A DNA stretch of 53,565 nt, taken from IMG/VR virus record IMGVR_UViG_3300030463_000010, one strand, 5' to 3'. The translations under genes and the position numbers were made by a program. Shown here one piece after another: positions 23,944 to 32,565 of this stretch. The stretch comes from a virus. Each line of letters opens with the position of its first letter. Within the stretch, counting starts at the first letter, position 1. The notes under the pieces were generated by a model. It was not told the DNA's origin and searched no databases. It worked only from the letters and a program-made list of their open reading frames with translations.

Positions 23944-24621
23944 ATGTTCCATCTACAAGCCAACAAAATATATTTGGAAGTCTGCGCAAAAGAGGGCGTG
24001 ACCAGTGGTTCCGTTAATGTCTACACGGTTCGATTTTCCTTCAACTCGGATTGGGATGGCCTGGACAGGACGGCGGTATTCCACGCGGGCGACGATCAAA
24101 TTTCCGTGGTGTTGGACGACTCCAGCGAGTGCCAAATCCCGTGGGAGGTATTGGAGAATCCGGGGCGAAACCTGTCGGTTGGCGTATATGGAACAAAGGG
24201 CGGCACAGTCGTTCTCCCCACCATCTGGGCGCAGCTGGGAGAAATCCGGGAGGGCGTGTCGCTGGGCAGCAACGCGCAGCCTCCCACACCAGATGTGTAC
24301 AGTCAGATTTTAGAAGCCGCCAAACAGGCGGAAAAGATTGCGCAGAGTGTACGGGATGACGCGGACGCCGGAAAGTTTGACGGAGAACCCGGCCCGGAGG
24401 GGCCACAGGGACCGCCCGGAGATGGAGTGCCGGAGATTACCCCAGAGGACGAAGGAAAGTTTCTGGGTGTTCTGGACGGCGCTGCGGAGTGGGTTTTGGG
24501 AGGCTCCGGTTCCGGCAATGTATCATCTCCGGAGATATCAGTGATCCGTGTGATGGACAGGCAGGAATATGAGGAGCTTCCCACAAAGAGCCCCACCACG
24601 CTCTATCTGATTCGGGGGTAG
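23944..24621 (+). CDS. tail fibre protein with a short collagen-like segment
   Basis: 225 aa. GEPGPEGPQGPPGDG. Confidence 0.55.
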   Translation: MFHLQANKIYLEVCAKEGVTSGSVNVYTVRFSFNSDWDGLDRTAVFHAGDDQISVVLDDSSECQIPWEVLENPGRNLSVGVYGTKGGTVVLPTIWAQLGEIREGVSLGSNAQPPTPDVYSQILEAAKQAEKIAQSVRDDADAGKFDGEPGPEGPQGPPGDGVPEITPEDEGKFLGVLDGAAEWVLGGSGSGNVSSPEISVIRVMDRQEYEELPTKSPTTLYLIRG

Positions 24622-24625
24622 CAAA

Positions 24626-24769
24626 ATGATTTATGCAGGAACAGAGACCATAGAGACCTTGATGCTGGGAGAGATGGGGATTAAAACCATCATGGCTGGC
24701 AGCGAGAATGTTTATGAAAGGCCAGGGGCCTATGTATATATCCAACTTGACACAAAGGAGAGTCAGTAA
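24626..24769 (+). CDS. small hypothetical protein (47 aa)
   Basis: ATG at 24626, stop at 24767-24769, abutting the next start. Confidence 0.4.
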   Translation: MIYAGTETIETLMLGEMGIKTIMAGSENVYERPGAYVYIQLDTKESQ

Positions 24770-25432
24770 ATGGCAAGCTATTTTAACCTAACTCTTGATA
24801 CCACCGCACCGTCTGGCCTGACACTGCAAATCAATGATGGGGCACTGTATGCGACCAGTACAGCGGTAAAGCTGACCATTGGAGTCAGCGACGAGCAGAC
24901 CACCGGCTACCAGATGAAAATCTGGGGAATTAATGGTGTTGCGGAGGAAGAGTCCGCCAGCTGGGAGACCTTTGCCACCAGCAAGAGCGTCAACCTGACT
25001 TCTGGGGATGGCCTGAAGACTGTACATATCAAGGTCCGTGACGATGTGGGCAACGAGAGCGCCGAGGTGACGGATGATATCACTCTCAACACTACGGTTC
25101 CCGTGGTCACAGTCACCGGCCCGGACAAGAGCAAGATTTCCAAGATTGCGGGATTCAATCAGTCTGTTATCAACTTTACTTCCGATGTGGAGTTTGACGA
25201 GTACAAGGTTTGCGTGGTTCCTGCCAATTCCAGCGAGCAGGATGCGGGCACCCTGATCCCCACCACTGGCGGCTCCATCAACACCAGCGGAAACGAGGGC
25301 AATTATCCCGCCACCACTAATATCCAGGTTACGATTAACGGAACCGATTTGGAGAGCGCGTCTACCGGAGACGGCGTGAAGATTGTCAAGGTCTTCGTCA
25401 AGACTGCCGCAGGCATTTGGAGTGTGGCATAA
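24770..25432 (+). CDS. tail-associated beta-rich (Ig-like) protein
   Basis: 220 aa. AAGGAGAG RBS. T/V/S-rich repeats. Confidence 0.5.
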   Translation: MASYFNLTLDTTAPSGLTLQINDGALYATSTAVKLTIGVSDEQTTGYQMKIWGINGVAEEESASWETFATSKSVNLTSGDGLKTVHIKVRDDVGNESAEVTDDITLNTTVPVVTVTGPDKSKISKIAGFNQSVINFTSDVEFDEYKVCVVPANSSEQDAGTLIPTTGGSINTSGNEGNYPATTNIQVTINGTDLESASTGDGVKIVKVFVKTAAGIWSVA

Positions 25433-25806
25433 TGGCGGCCCCAAAGCTGACATTCTCTATTTCTGGAGAAAAGGTCTCCGCCGTGTCTGGCTTTGATTAT
25501 ATCATTGTGGCGTTTCAGTCAGATATTCCCTATCAGGCGTTTGAGTGCCGCGCTACGAAGGCTGGGGAGGAGTACGGCGTGGGGAAGGGGGCGCTGATCG
25601 CGTCCTTCTCCACCACCCCGGCGAACACACAGCGGAGTTTCGAGGTGTATGACGATTACCTTGTTCATGGAGACGGGAACTATCGAATTTCCCTCTTTGC
25701 ACAGGGGGAAGACGGAAGCTGGAACGACAACTACTATTATATTCCTGTTGGCAGCACAGCCTACATTACCGCCGATGGGGAGCCATATCTCTGCATGAGG
25801 GAGTGA
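25432..25806 (+). CDS. hypothetical tail-associated protein
   Basis: 124 aa from the ATG at 25432 (overlaps the upstream stop). Confidence 0.5.
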   Translation: MAAPKLTFSISGEKVSAVSGFDYIIVAFQSDIPYQAFECRATKAGEEYGVGKGALIASFSTTPANTQRSFEVYDDYLVHGDGNYRISLFAQGEDGSWNDNYYYIPVGSTAYITADGEPYLCMRE

Positions 25807-25810
25807 TCAT

Positions 25811-26509
25811 ATGCCGACAACAGATGGATATAACGGGGCCTACACGGGACCGGAAATTGACAAGGGAATCGCAAGAGCGAATCAGGCCGTTACGGTTCCC
25901 GGAAGCGGAACGGCTTCTATGTCCGAAACCCTCGGCTCCGGCCCATACACGATTGAGTTTACGGAGGAGGCGGACCCGCAAGATGTAAGCGCCTCCAAGA
26001 TCGCCTATGACAACACGGAGTCCGGTATGACCGCTACCAACGTACAGAACGCCATTACAGAGCTGAGCACAGCGCCAAAAGGAGGCGCCAGCGTTCCGGT
26101 AGGGTCTGTATTCTGGCTGGCGACACAGACAGCGCCGGAGGGGTACTTAATTTGCGATGGAAGCGCGGTAAGTCGTACAGAATACGCAGACCTGTTTGCG
26201 GCGATTGGAACCACGTTTGGGACTGGCGATGGAAGCACGACCTTTGCCCTTCCAAACTTGCAGGCGGCGTTTATTCGTGGCGCCGGGTCTCAGAACGGAT
26301 ATAGTGCTACGTTTGGGCAGAAACAGGAAGCGACCCAAATTGCTAATCGAGATCAATATATGAGTAATATAATAGTTAGTAATGTTGATAAATTCAGCAA
26401 GATTAACCTCGCGAATACTGCCAGCCAAAATGCTACAGCAACTGTTGAGACATCACATTGTTCAGTCCGCCCCTATAATATCGCCCTAACCCCCATCATC
26501 AAGTATTAG
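25811..26509 (+). CDS. tail fibre protein with a phage tail-collar domain
   Basis: 232 aa. GSVFWLATQTAPEGYLICDGSAVSRTEYADLFAAIGTTFGTGDGSTTFALPNL. Confidence 0.8.
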   Translation: MPTTDGYNGAYTGPEIDKGIARANQAVTVPGSGTASMSETLGSGPYTIEFTEEADPQDVSASKIAYDNTESGMTATNVQNAITELSTAPKGGASVPVGSVFWLATQTAPEGYLICDGSAVSRTEYADLFAAIGTTFGTGDGSTTFALPNLQAAFIRGAGSQNGYSATFGQKQEATQIANRDQYMSNIIVSNVDKFSKINLANTASQNATATVETSHCSVRPYNIALTPIIKY

Positions 26510-26518
26510 GAGGTCTCT

Positions 26519-26911
26519 ATGGCACTCTACGTAAACGGAAAAAAAGTGGCCGGGATTGGACTTCCCGGCAAATCAGCTTATCAGTATGCGGTTGATGGGG
26601 GATATACGGGGACGGAGGAAGAATTTCAGGAAGTACTCGCCAATGCGGGCGGAAAGCCGATGGTCCATGGTGTGACGCTTCTCGCGTCTGCATGGGCTGG
26701 AAATTCTCAGACAATCACTGTTCCAGGAGTACTTGCAGACGAGACAAAGCAGCTGATTCAGCCTGTGCCTGCTATCGCCTCGCAAGCCGCTTACCTCGCC
26801 GCAGGAGTCCTCTGCACGAAACAAGCTGCCAATAATCTGACCTTCACCTGCCAGACGGTTCCGGAAGCGGATTTGACGGTGTATGTGGTAATAACTGATG
26901 TTAAAAGCTAA
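26519..26911 (+). CDS. tail fibre-associated protein
   Basis: 130 aa. GKSAYQYAVDGGYTGTEEEF motif common in fibre proteins. Confidence 0.5.
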   Translation: MALYVNGKKVAGIGLPGKSAYQYAVDGGYTGTEEEFQEVLANAGGKPMVHGVTLLASAWAGNSQTITVPGVLADETKQLIQPVPAIASQAAYLAAGVLCTKQAANNLTFTCQTVPEADLTVYVVITDVKS

Positions 26912-26920
26912 GGAGGACAC

Positions 26921-27289
26921 ATGATTGCAAATCAAGTGAATGTGACAAGCAAGACTGAAATAGCTAACTCCAACAAAATTGTTAAGGGAGAAGATGATAT
27001 GATTTATGATTTTAGTGAGTGGACCCACGTATATTCAGGGAATTTCCAAACCTCATATATTGAATTACCAGATACGGCAAACGCTAAAGTGATAGCCATT
27101 ATGGCTGCAAATAACAGTACATCATTTGTACCTGTCGACGTAATCAACTTAATACAAGGAAATGGCGTAACAGTTCTTCAATATCCCCCAAATTCTATAA
27201 ATGTATTTATTTTCTCTCATAACAATAACTTAGGTATTAAAATTAGTAGCAACTCCTCGTTATCTTTTCATATTTTTATAAAAAAATGA
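26921..27289 (+). CDS. hypothetical protein (122 aa), AT-rich; possible fibre tip/assembly factor
   Basis: AAGGAGGA RBS. N/S/I-rich. Marked composition shift. Confidence 0.5.
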   Translation: MIANQVNVTSKTEIANSNKIVKGEDDMIYDFSEWTHVYSGNFQTSYIELPDTANAKVIAIMAANNSTSFVPVDVINLIQGNGVTVLQYPPNSINVFIFSHNNNLGIKISSNSSLSFHIFIKK

Positions 27290-27302
27290 GGGTTTATGGC
27301 AT

Positions 27303-27494
27303 CTAATTTAGCGGCTTCCCGGTTTTCCAGTCCCGACCTGGTTCGTGGGCAACCCATGAAGTTTCCCCGCAAAAGGAACAGGGATGATGCCAGTCCCAAG
27401 AACCCCATATATTGGAACCATCTGGCAGAGTGAAAGGGGCCATTCGTCCACACTTTGAGCAGATCACGGTAACTTTATACAAATCCATATCCAT
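27303..27494 (-). CDS. zinc-ribbon protein (63 aa), moron
   Basis: CSKCG...CSFCG. GAGGTGA RBS. TGgTATAAT extended -10 upstream on the minus strand. Confidence 0.6.
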   Translation of the reverse strand: MDMDLYKVTVICSKCGRMAPFTLPDGSNIWGSWDWHHPCSFCGETSWVAHEPGRDWKTGKPLN

Positions 27495-27539
27495 ATCATC
27501 ACCTCAAAAAGATTATACCACAGATAGGCGGTGCTGCCC

Positions 27540-27881
27540 ATGAGTAATGAAAAATGTATCATAGACCCACAGCGGGATTGTTTGGGCCTGCAAAAAGCGG
27601 ATATGCTGGAAAAGCAGATAACGGAACTCCGAGAATCCGCGCGAGGGACTCATAAAGAGATGTTTGACCGCATTCGGGAGCTTGAAAAGGTAGAAGCCGC
27701 CCGGAACGAACAGTATAACAACATCATGAAAAAACTGGACAAGCTGATCGAGTGGCAGGAGACAGAACAGCAAAAGCCTGGAAGACAATGGAGCGATATT
27801 AAAAGCAAAGTGGTTGTTGCGGTGCTTTCCTCCATTTTGACAGCAGCGGCGCTTGCGGTTCTAAGCTTGATTGTTCCCTAA
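27540..27881 (+). CDS. XhlA-like lysis-associated membrane protein
   Basis: Coiled coil (HKEMFDRIRELEKVEAARNEQYNNIMKKLDKLIEW) plus a C-terminal TM (VVVAVLSSILTAAALAVLSLIV). Start is ATG 27540 or GTG 27531. Confidence 0.55.
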   Translation: MSNEKCIIDPQRDCLGLQKADMLEKQITELRESARGTHKEMFDRIRELEKVEAARNEQYNNIMKKLDKLIEWQETEQQKPGRQWSDIKSKVVVAVLSSILTAAALAVLSLIVP

Positions 27882-27936
27882 TCAACAGTTTGTTATCAAC
27901 CGGCACAGCCGGAAATTTAGAAAGGAAGTACATATT

Positions 27937-28527
27937 ATGAACAAGACTATCAACGAGATCATTAACAATTACACCAGTGGCAAGACTCCCGTGGAGGACA
28001 CCAACAAGGCACTGAAAGAGGCCGGTGCTGGATTTTCCTTTCAGCCTGGAAAGAATGCCCTGACAGCTGAGGAGATCGCGGCTACTCATGTGGGTCCCCG
28101 ACCCAACGACGCCACAGGCTACGGCCTGATGTCCAGCGGCACCGGTACGATGGACAAGGTGCATGTCGTAAAGGGAAAGCTGCAGGGTGGAGCCGTCAAC
28201 ACCGTCGGCTCCGATGGTATGCCTAACGAGTGCGATATTGTCTATATTGGCGGTCAGGTGTGGCAGGTGTACGGTGACGAACTGGGCAATCTTGCACCTG
28301 AAAAGGCTCCCTGGTGGGCCTCCATGCACACCTTCACCGGCGCTGTCGCGTGGCAGGAGGAGATCGACAAGTACATCCCCGAACAGGATATGGTGTACAA
28401 CCGGCCCAAGTATCACGGCCAGGAAGTGGTGAAGGGCGCTCTGCGGTACATCTACGCTGAGGACGGGTCCTGCAAGTATCAGCCCAAGTCTATGGCGGAT
28501 TACGACAAGGACCACGGGAGGGTTTAA
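27937..28527 (+). CDS. hypothetical protein (196 aa) inside the lysis cassette
   Basis: ATG at 27937 with AAAGGAAG RBS. No recognised motif. Confidence 0.6.
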   Translation: MNKTINEIINNYTSGKTPVEDTNKALKEAGAGFSFQPGKNALTAEEIAATHVGPRPNDATGYGLMSSGTGTMDKVHVVKGKLQGGAVNTVGSDGMPNECDIVYIGGQVWQVYGDELGNLAPEKAPWWASMHTFTGAVAWQEEIDKYIPEQDMVYNRPKYHGQEVVKGALRYIYAEDGSCKYQPKSMADYDKDHGRV

Positions 28528-28530
28528 TCT

Positions 28531-28809
28531 ATGGATGTTTCTTCTCTCGGCATCACCGGTGTGGCGGCAATCACCGTCATTTGCCTGCTGATCGGGCAAG
28601 GCGTGAAGGCATCCGGGCTTGACAACAAGTGGATTCCCATTGTCTGCGGAGTGTTCGGCGGCGTTCTGGGTGTTGCGGGCATGTTCATTATGCCGGAATT
28701 CCCCGCCACGGATTACATCACCGCTGCGGCTGTCGGCATCGTGTCTGGCCTGGCGGCTACCGGTGCAAATCAGGTTTTCAAGCAGCTGGGGAGTGGTGGA
28801 AATGCCTGA
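28531..28809 (+). CDS. holin
   Basis: 92 aa, three hydrophobic segments. Overlaps the endolysin start by 8 nt. Confidence 0.8.
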   Translation: MDVSSLGITGVAAITVICLLIGQGVKASGLDNKWIPIVCGVFGGVLGVAGMFIMPEFPATDYITAAAVGIVSGLAATGANQVFKQLGSGGNA

Positions 28810-30136
28810 CCATCTGGCGGTAACAATCCCCCTGAAAGATATCCAGCGCATCCAGCTCTGCATCAACACCGCTCGCCGGTCTCTCTCTCAAATTCAGAGG
28901 GAGACCGGGGCGGATTACATCCTCAACGGCACGCTCTACAACATGAGCACGTTTGTACCTAATTGCCACTTGAAAGCAGATGGGAAGGTACTCTGCAAAC
29001 CGGATTACACAGTCTCCGGCTACTCCTGGAATGATGGGCCGGACATTTCTATGAACACGCTGCCAGACGCCTCTCAGCGCAATTATATCACTTGCACACC
29101 GCTGATTGTTTCCGGAAAGCCACTCTCCAAATTGATCTATGACGAGGGGCAGGGCGGCAAACGGGGACGCTCTGCCATTGGCGTCAAGGGCGGCTCTCTG
29201 GCCCTGTACTGTACGAGGGACGGAGGGAGTATAACCCGGACGCCGGAATCGCTCAGGGACGATCTGACAGCGGCAGGATGGGATTCCGCAGTCATGCTGG
29301 ATGCCGGCGGCTCTAGCCAGTGTTATTTCAATGGAGCGGTCATCCAGAGCAGCAGGAACGTGCATGATTTGATTCTGGTCTATCTCAAGAAAGGGGAGAC
29401 AACTGTGGAAAAGAAAAAGGTGGTCCTGGACCCAGGCCATGATGCGGGAAACCTCGCCAACAAAAGCCCGGACGGAACCTATTATGAGCATGAGTTTGCC
29501 CTGGACATGGGGAAACGCATTCAGAGCATCCTGGAGCGGCATAGCGTTGCTGTCACCATGACCAGGACTGGCGGCGGGGAAGTCAGCCTTGCGCAGCGGT
29601 GTACGATTGCAAACGCCATCAAAGACCTGGATTTGTTCGTGAGCCTGCACAGCAACGCCGCTGGAGATGGAGGCTGGTCCTCTGCCTCCGGATGGAGCGC
29701 ATATGTCTACAAGACCAGCGGGAGCGGCTATAAGGCGGCAAAGGATATCCTGGAGGCCGTCAAAGACGCCGGAATTACTGTCAGGTCTACACCGATTGTG
29801 GCGGACCCGTCGCTGTATGTCTTGAAAGGCACCGTGGCTCCGGCTGTTCTGATCGAGCATGGCTTCCACACCAATCAAACAGACACCGCAAATCTCAAAA
29901 ATTCCGCATACCGGCAGAAACTGGCGGAAGCGGAAGCAAAGGGCGTCCTGAACTATTTGGGGATTGCCTGGAAGGAGGAAACTGTGGACAATCCTTCTGA
30001 AAGTGATCTGGCGGTCCAGTGGGTGCAGGAGAACGGCATTATGCTGGGCAACACGAACGGCGACATGATGCTGGACCAGCCCGTTACCCGCAGACAGTTT
30101 GCCGTGATGCTGTACAGGTATCACAATTTGAAGTAA
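28802..30136 (+). CDS. endolysin: phosphodiester-glycosidase-like (DUF2233) domain, N-acetylmuramoyl-L-alanine amidase, then an SLH-like C-terminus
   Basis: 444 aa from the ATG at 28802. Motifs: RSAIGVKGGSLALYCTRDG, MLDAGGSSQ; VVLDPGHDAGN...LFVSLHSNAAG...IEHGFHTN; C-terminal PVTRRQFAVMLYRY. Confidence 0.85.
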   Translation: MPDHLAVTIPLKDIQRIQLCINTARRSLSQIQRETGADYILNGTLYNMSTFVPNCHLKADGKVLCKPDYTVSGYSWNDGPDISMNTLPDASQRNYITCTPLIVSGKPLSKLIYDEGQGGKRGRSAIGVKGGSLALYCTRDGGSITRTPESLRDDLTAAGWDSAVMLDAGGSSQCYFNGAVIQSSRNVHDLILVYLKKGETTVEKKKVVLDPGHDAGNLANKSPDGTYYEHEFALDMGKRIQSILERHSVAVTMTRTGGGEVSLAQRCTIANAIKDLDLFVSLHSNAAGDGGWSSASGWSAYVYKTSGSGYKAAKDILEAVKDAGITVRSTPIVADPSLYVLKGTVAPAVLIEHGFHTNQTDTANLKNSAYRQKLAEAEAKGVLNYLGIAWKEETVDNPSESDLAVQWVQENGIMLGNTNGDMMLDQPVTRRQFAVMLYRYHNLK

Positions 30137-30150
30137 AAGGACGTGAACCA

Positions 30151-30396
30151 ATGAGCGCAAGAGTGAAATTACCACCACCGCTAGATAAACTCTTGCGCTC
30201 TCAAATGGAGACGGCTATTCGGGAAGCTAACCTGGGAAACGATGACACGGACATTGCTAAACGCTACTTGATTGATCAAATCCCGCAGATTGAGATTGCC
30301 GCGGAGTTTGGATGGGAGCGCTCTACGATCAGCCGCAGGATTTCAAGAATCCTTCTAAAAGTAGAAAACGCCGCAGATAAATTAAAATATTTTTGA
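30151..30396 (+). CDS. small sigma-70 region-4-like HTH protein (81 aa), candidate transcription regulator
   Basis: IAKRYLIDQIPQIEIAAEFGWERSTISRRISRILLKV. Confidence 0.6.
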   Translation: MSARVKLPPPLDKLLRSQMETAIREANLGNDDTDIAKRYLIDQIPQIEIAAEFGWERSTISRRISRILLKVENAADKLKYF

Positions 30397-30401
30397 AGAG
30401 G

Positions 30402-30435
30402 TCCGTGGAATCTTAAGATTCCACGGATTTTCTTT
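30402..30435 (+). terminator. intrinsic terminator
   Basis: TCCGTGGAATC-TTAA-GATTCCACGGA followed by TTTTCTTT. Confidence 0.85.
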
Positions 30436-30525
30436 GGCGAATAGAATACAATATTGCATAGTAGCGTATACTTTTTTATAAAGCCCAAAGGTACACAAAT
30501 ACTAGGGAAAATTTACAGTTTGATG

Positions 30526-30554
30526 TTGCATTTAATATTGGGAGATGATATGAT
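30526..30554 (+). promoter_or_regulatory. candidate promoter TTGCAT-17-TATGAT for the toxin-antitoxin pair
   Basis: Read directly; moderate match to consensus. Confidence 0.4.
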
Positions 30555-30604
30555 TGGCACAGGAGGAAGCCAGTATAATTAAAAGGAGGAAAGGGGGCAT
30601 TCAA

Positions 30605-30808
30605 ATGGCACTGTTGGCAGCACCTATTAAAACGGCCTTTCGAATTGATGCAAAAGACGCTAAAATACTAACACAAAAAACGGATGCTGTTCTGAACGCC
30701 TTTCGAAAGGTGAGGAAAGCAGAAGCTGAAAGCGGAGATACCGTGCGACTGGAACAGCTGGATGCGCAAATTCGCATATTACAAGAGGAATGTGATTCTG
30801 GCAAATGA
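30605..30808 (+). CDS. putative antitoxin (67 aa) of a GNAT-type toxin-antitoxin pair
   Basis: AAAGGAGGAAAGGGGG RBS. Its stop overlaps the downstream ATG (ATGA). Confidence 0.5.
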   Translation: MALLAAPIKTAFRIDAKDAKILTQKTDAVLNAFRKVRKAEAESGDTVRLEQLDAQIRILQEECDSGK

Positions 30809-31314
30809 TTTGTCTATCTGCGACATCAGATGACATCAGAGGGGTTTCCTTCAAATGTGGTCACAAAGAAATTGATAAGTATTTTGAAGAGAATTTGCTC
30901 ACAGATAGTGACGCTGTTTCCTATTGCTTCTGGGCGGATGCCGATAAGAAAGAGCTTATAGGGATAGCGTCATTATCATGCAGCGGTATTATAGTTCATT
31001 CCCGGACAAGGTTTAATATTACTCCAGCTATTGAAGTTAAGATTTTTGCTATAGATGAGAGGTATCAACACCAGGTTTTCTTAACAGATGAATCCGGAGA
31101 ACAACACTGGAGTGACTTGTGTCTATGCTATTTGATAATGGAGATATATAAAATTTCTGAGTCTGTATGCGGAGCAAGCCATGTTGTTTTATATTCTGTG
31201 CCAGAAGCTGTTTCATTTTACCAGCGAAACGGCTTTAATAAGTTTATAGGAGATATGGAGATGCCATCCAATATGTTTGTTGAAGGATGTACGCCCATGT
31301 TTCTGAATTTGTAG
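30805..31314 (+). CDS. GNAT-fold acetyltransferase, putative toxin (TacT/AtaT-like arrangement)
   Basis: 169 aa. FKCGHKEIDKYFEENL, IFAIDERYQ, AVSFYQRNGFNKF. The CoA-binding loop is divergent. Confidence 0.6.
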   Translation: MICLSATSDDIRGVSFKCGHKEIDKYFEENLLTDSDAVSYCFWADADKKELIGIASLSCSGIIVHSRTRFNITPAIEVKIFAIDERYQHQVFLTDESGEQHWSDLCLCYLIMEIYKISESVCGASHVVLYSVPEAVSFYQRNGFNKFIGDMEMPSNMFVEGCTPMFLNL

Positions 31315-31423
31315 ATTTCAAGTTAACTATCACATAACCTATATAGCCTTATCAGAAAAGGGAAGTGAGCCGTTTGTCACAACCAGACAGCTCATTATTC
31401 TTTTCACATAACTTCACACAACT

Positions 31424-31456
31424 CCCGCATGGATGCCACCCATGCGGGGATTTTTT
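31424..31456 (+). terminator. intrinsic terminator
   Basis: CCCGCATGG-ATGCCAC-CCATGCGGG followed by GATTTTTT. Confidence 0.8.
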
Positions 31457-31472
31457 ATGCGACAATAGAGAC

Positions 31473-31730
31473 ATGGAGGACGTGAGGATTCAAGGGCTGT
31501 ACACGTCGCAGTCCTCCTCACGGACTCCTTATTTTTGTTGCAAAGGACGTGTTATTTTGCTTGTGAATGGGTCTGAGCTTGTCAAGCGGCTGGTAGCCTG
31601 CGGATGGACCATATCCAACGCCGCTGACACCTGTTTTCAGTATGCGGCAGAGGGGAAATTTTCAGAATTGGAGGCGTTCATCCGGCAGCAGGAATTGTTG
31701 TTCGATGACCGGCGTGAATATGCGGTTTGA
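31473..31730 (+). CDS. hypothetical protein (85 aa; start uncertain)
   Basis: The track ORF 31365-31730 spans the terminator. The first ATG after it is 31473, with a weak RBS. Confidence 0.35.
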   Translation: MEDVRIQGLYTSQSSSRTPYFCCKGRVILLVNGSELVKRLVACGWTISNAADTCFQYAAEGKFSELEAFIRQQELLFDDRREYAV

Positions 31731-32085
31731 ATTTTACAACGAAAACCCAGCCGGACGTAATGTTGGGGATTGCACAGTCAGAGCGATTTCTAAAGCCCTG
31801 GGCCAAAGCTGGGACGCTACCTATTGGAATCTCTGTATTGAAGGAAACCTGCTCAAAGATATGCCGTCAAGCAACGCTGTTTGGGGAGCCTATCTGCGCA
31901 GGCAGGGCTTCGAGAGGGACATTGTCAGAGATGATATGTCTGTAGCGGATTTCGCAGCAGAGAACCCACATGGGACCTATATTCTTGCTCTGTCTGGCCA
32001 TGTGGTCTGTATCCAGGATTCTATTATATATGACACCTGGGACAGCGGGAATGAGATCGTTTTGTATTATTGGCAGAAGGAGTGA
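31720..32085 (+). CDS. putative papain-like cysteine peptidase/amidase fold protein (121 aa)
   Basis: NVGDCTVRAISKAL (candidate Cys) and LSGHVVCI (candidate His). Confidence 0.45.
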   Translation: MRFEFYNENPAGRNVGDCTVRAISKALGQSWDATYWNLCIEGNLLKDMPSSNAVWGAYLRRQGFERDIVRDDMSVADFAAENPHGTYILALSGHVVCIQDSIIYDTWDSGNEIVLYYWQKE

Positions 32086-32091
32086 CGTGAT

Positions 32092-32565
32092 ATGGCCTAT
32101 TATCCGCAGTATTACCCTCAGCAGCCCTATCCCTACCAGCCACCCATGATGGATAACCTTGCCCAGCTCCGGGCGGGGCAGTATCAGCAGCCGGTTCCCC
32201 CGCAGACGCCGCAGCCTATGCCGCAGCAGAGCGGTCAGAGCATGGTGTGGGTCAGCGGACAGGCGGAGGCTATGTCCTATCTGGTGGCTCCCAACAGTGC
32301 TGTTGCTTTATGGGACAGCAATGCGCCCACCATCTATCTCAAACAAGCGGACGCATCTGGTAAGCCCAGCATCAAAATTTATGATCTGGTGGAGCGCGGA
32401 AATACTGCGCAGACGGTCCAGGCGGCCCCTCAGACGCCCCACGTGCGCTATGCCACACAGGATGACTTGGAGGCACTTGCGGCCCGTGTAGACGCTCTGA
32501 GCGCGAAGGAGATGACTCAGGCGAGACCGACCAACAAAAAGCCTGCAAAGGAGGATGCTGAATGA
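32092..32565 (+). CDS. Tyr/Pro/Gln-rich N-terminus protein (157 aa), hypothetical
   Basis: MAYYPQYYPQQPYPYQPP..., then VWVSGQAEAMSYLVAPNSAVALWDSNAPTIYLKQADASGKPSIKIYDL. Confidence 0.65.
   Translation: MAYYPQYYPQQPYPYQPPMMDNLAQLRAGQYQQPVPPQTPQPMPQQSGQSMVWVSGQAEAMSYLVAPNSAVALWDSNAPTIYLKQADASGKPSIKIYDLVERGNTAQTVQAAPQTPHVRYATQDDLEALAARVDALSAKEMTQARPTNKKPAKEDAE

Noticed and set aside
22500-27300. Diversity-generating retroelement acting on the fibre genes
   Set aside because: No reverse transcriptase gene is present anywhere in the genome, and no template/variable repeat pair was noticed.
28619-28801. Upstream extension of the endolysin ORF (track start 28619)
   Set aside because: The extension overlaps the holin gene in another frame and gives an Arg/Cys-rich N-terminus. 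The ATG at 28802 overlaps the holin stop in the usual coupled arrangement.
27799-30178. Long minus-strand ORFs (356 aa at 27799-28869, 466 aa at 28778-30178) opposite the lysis genes
   Set aside because: They are antisense to well-supported XhlA-like, holin and endolysin genes. They have His/Arg/Gly-rich nonsense composition and no RBS.
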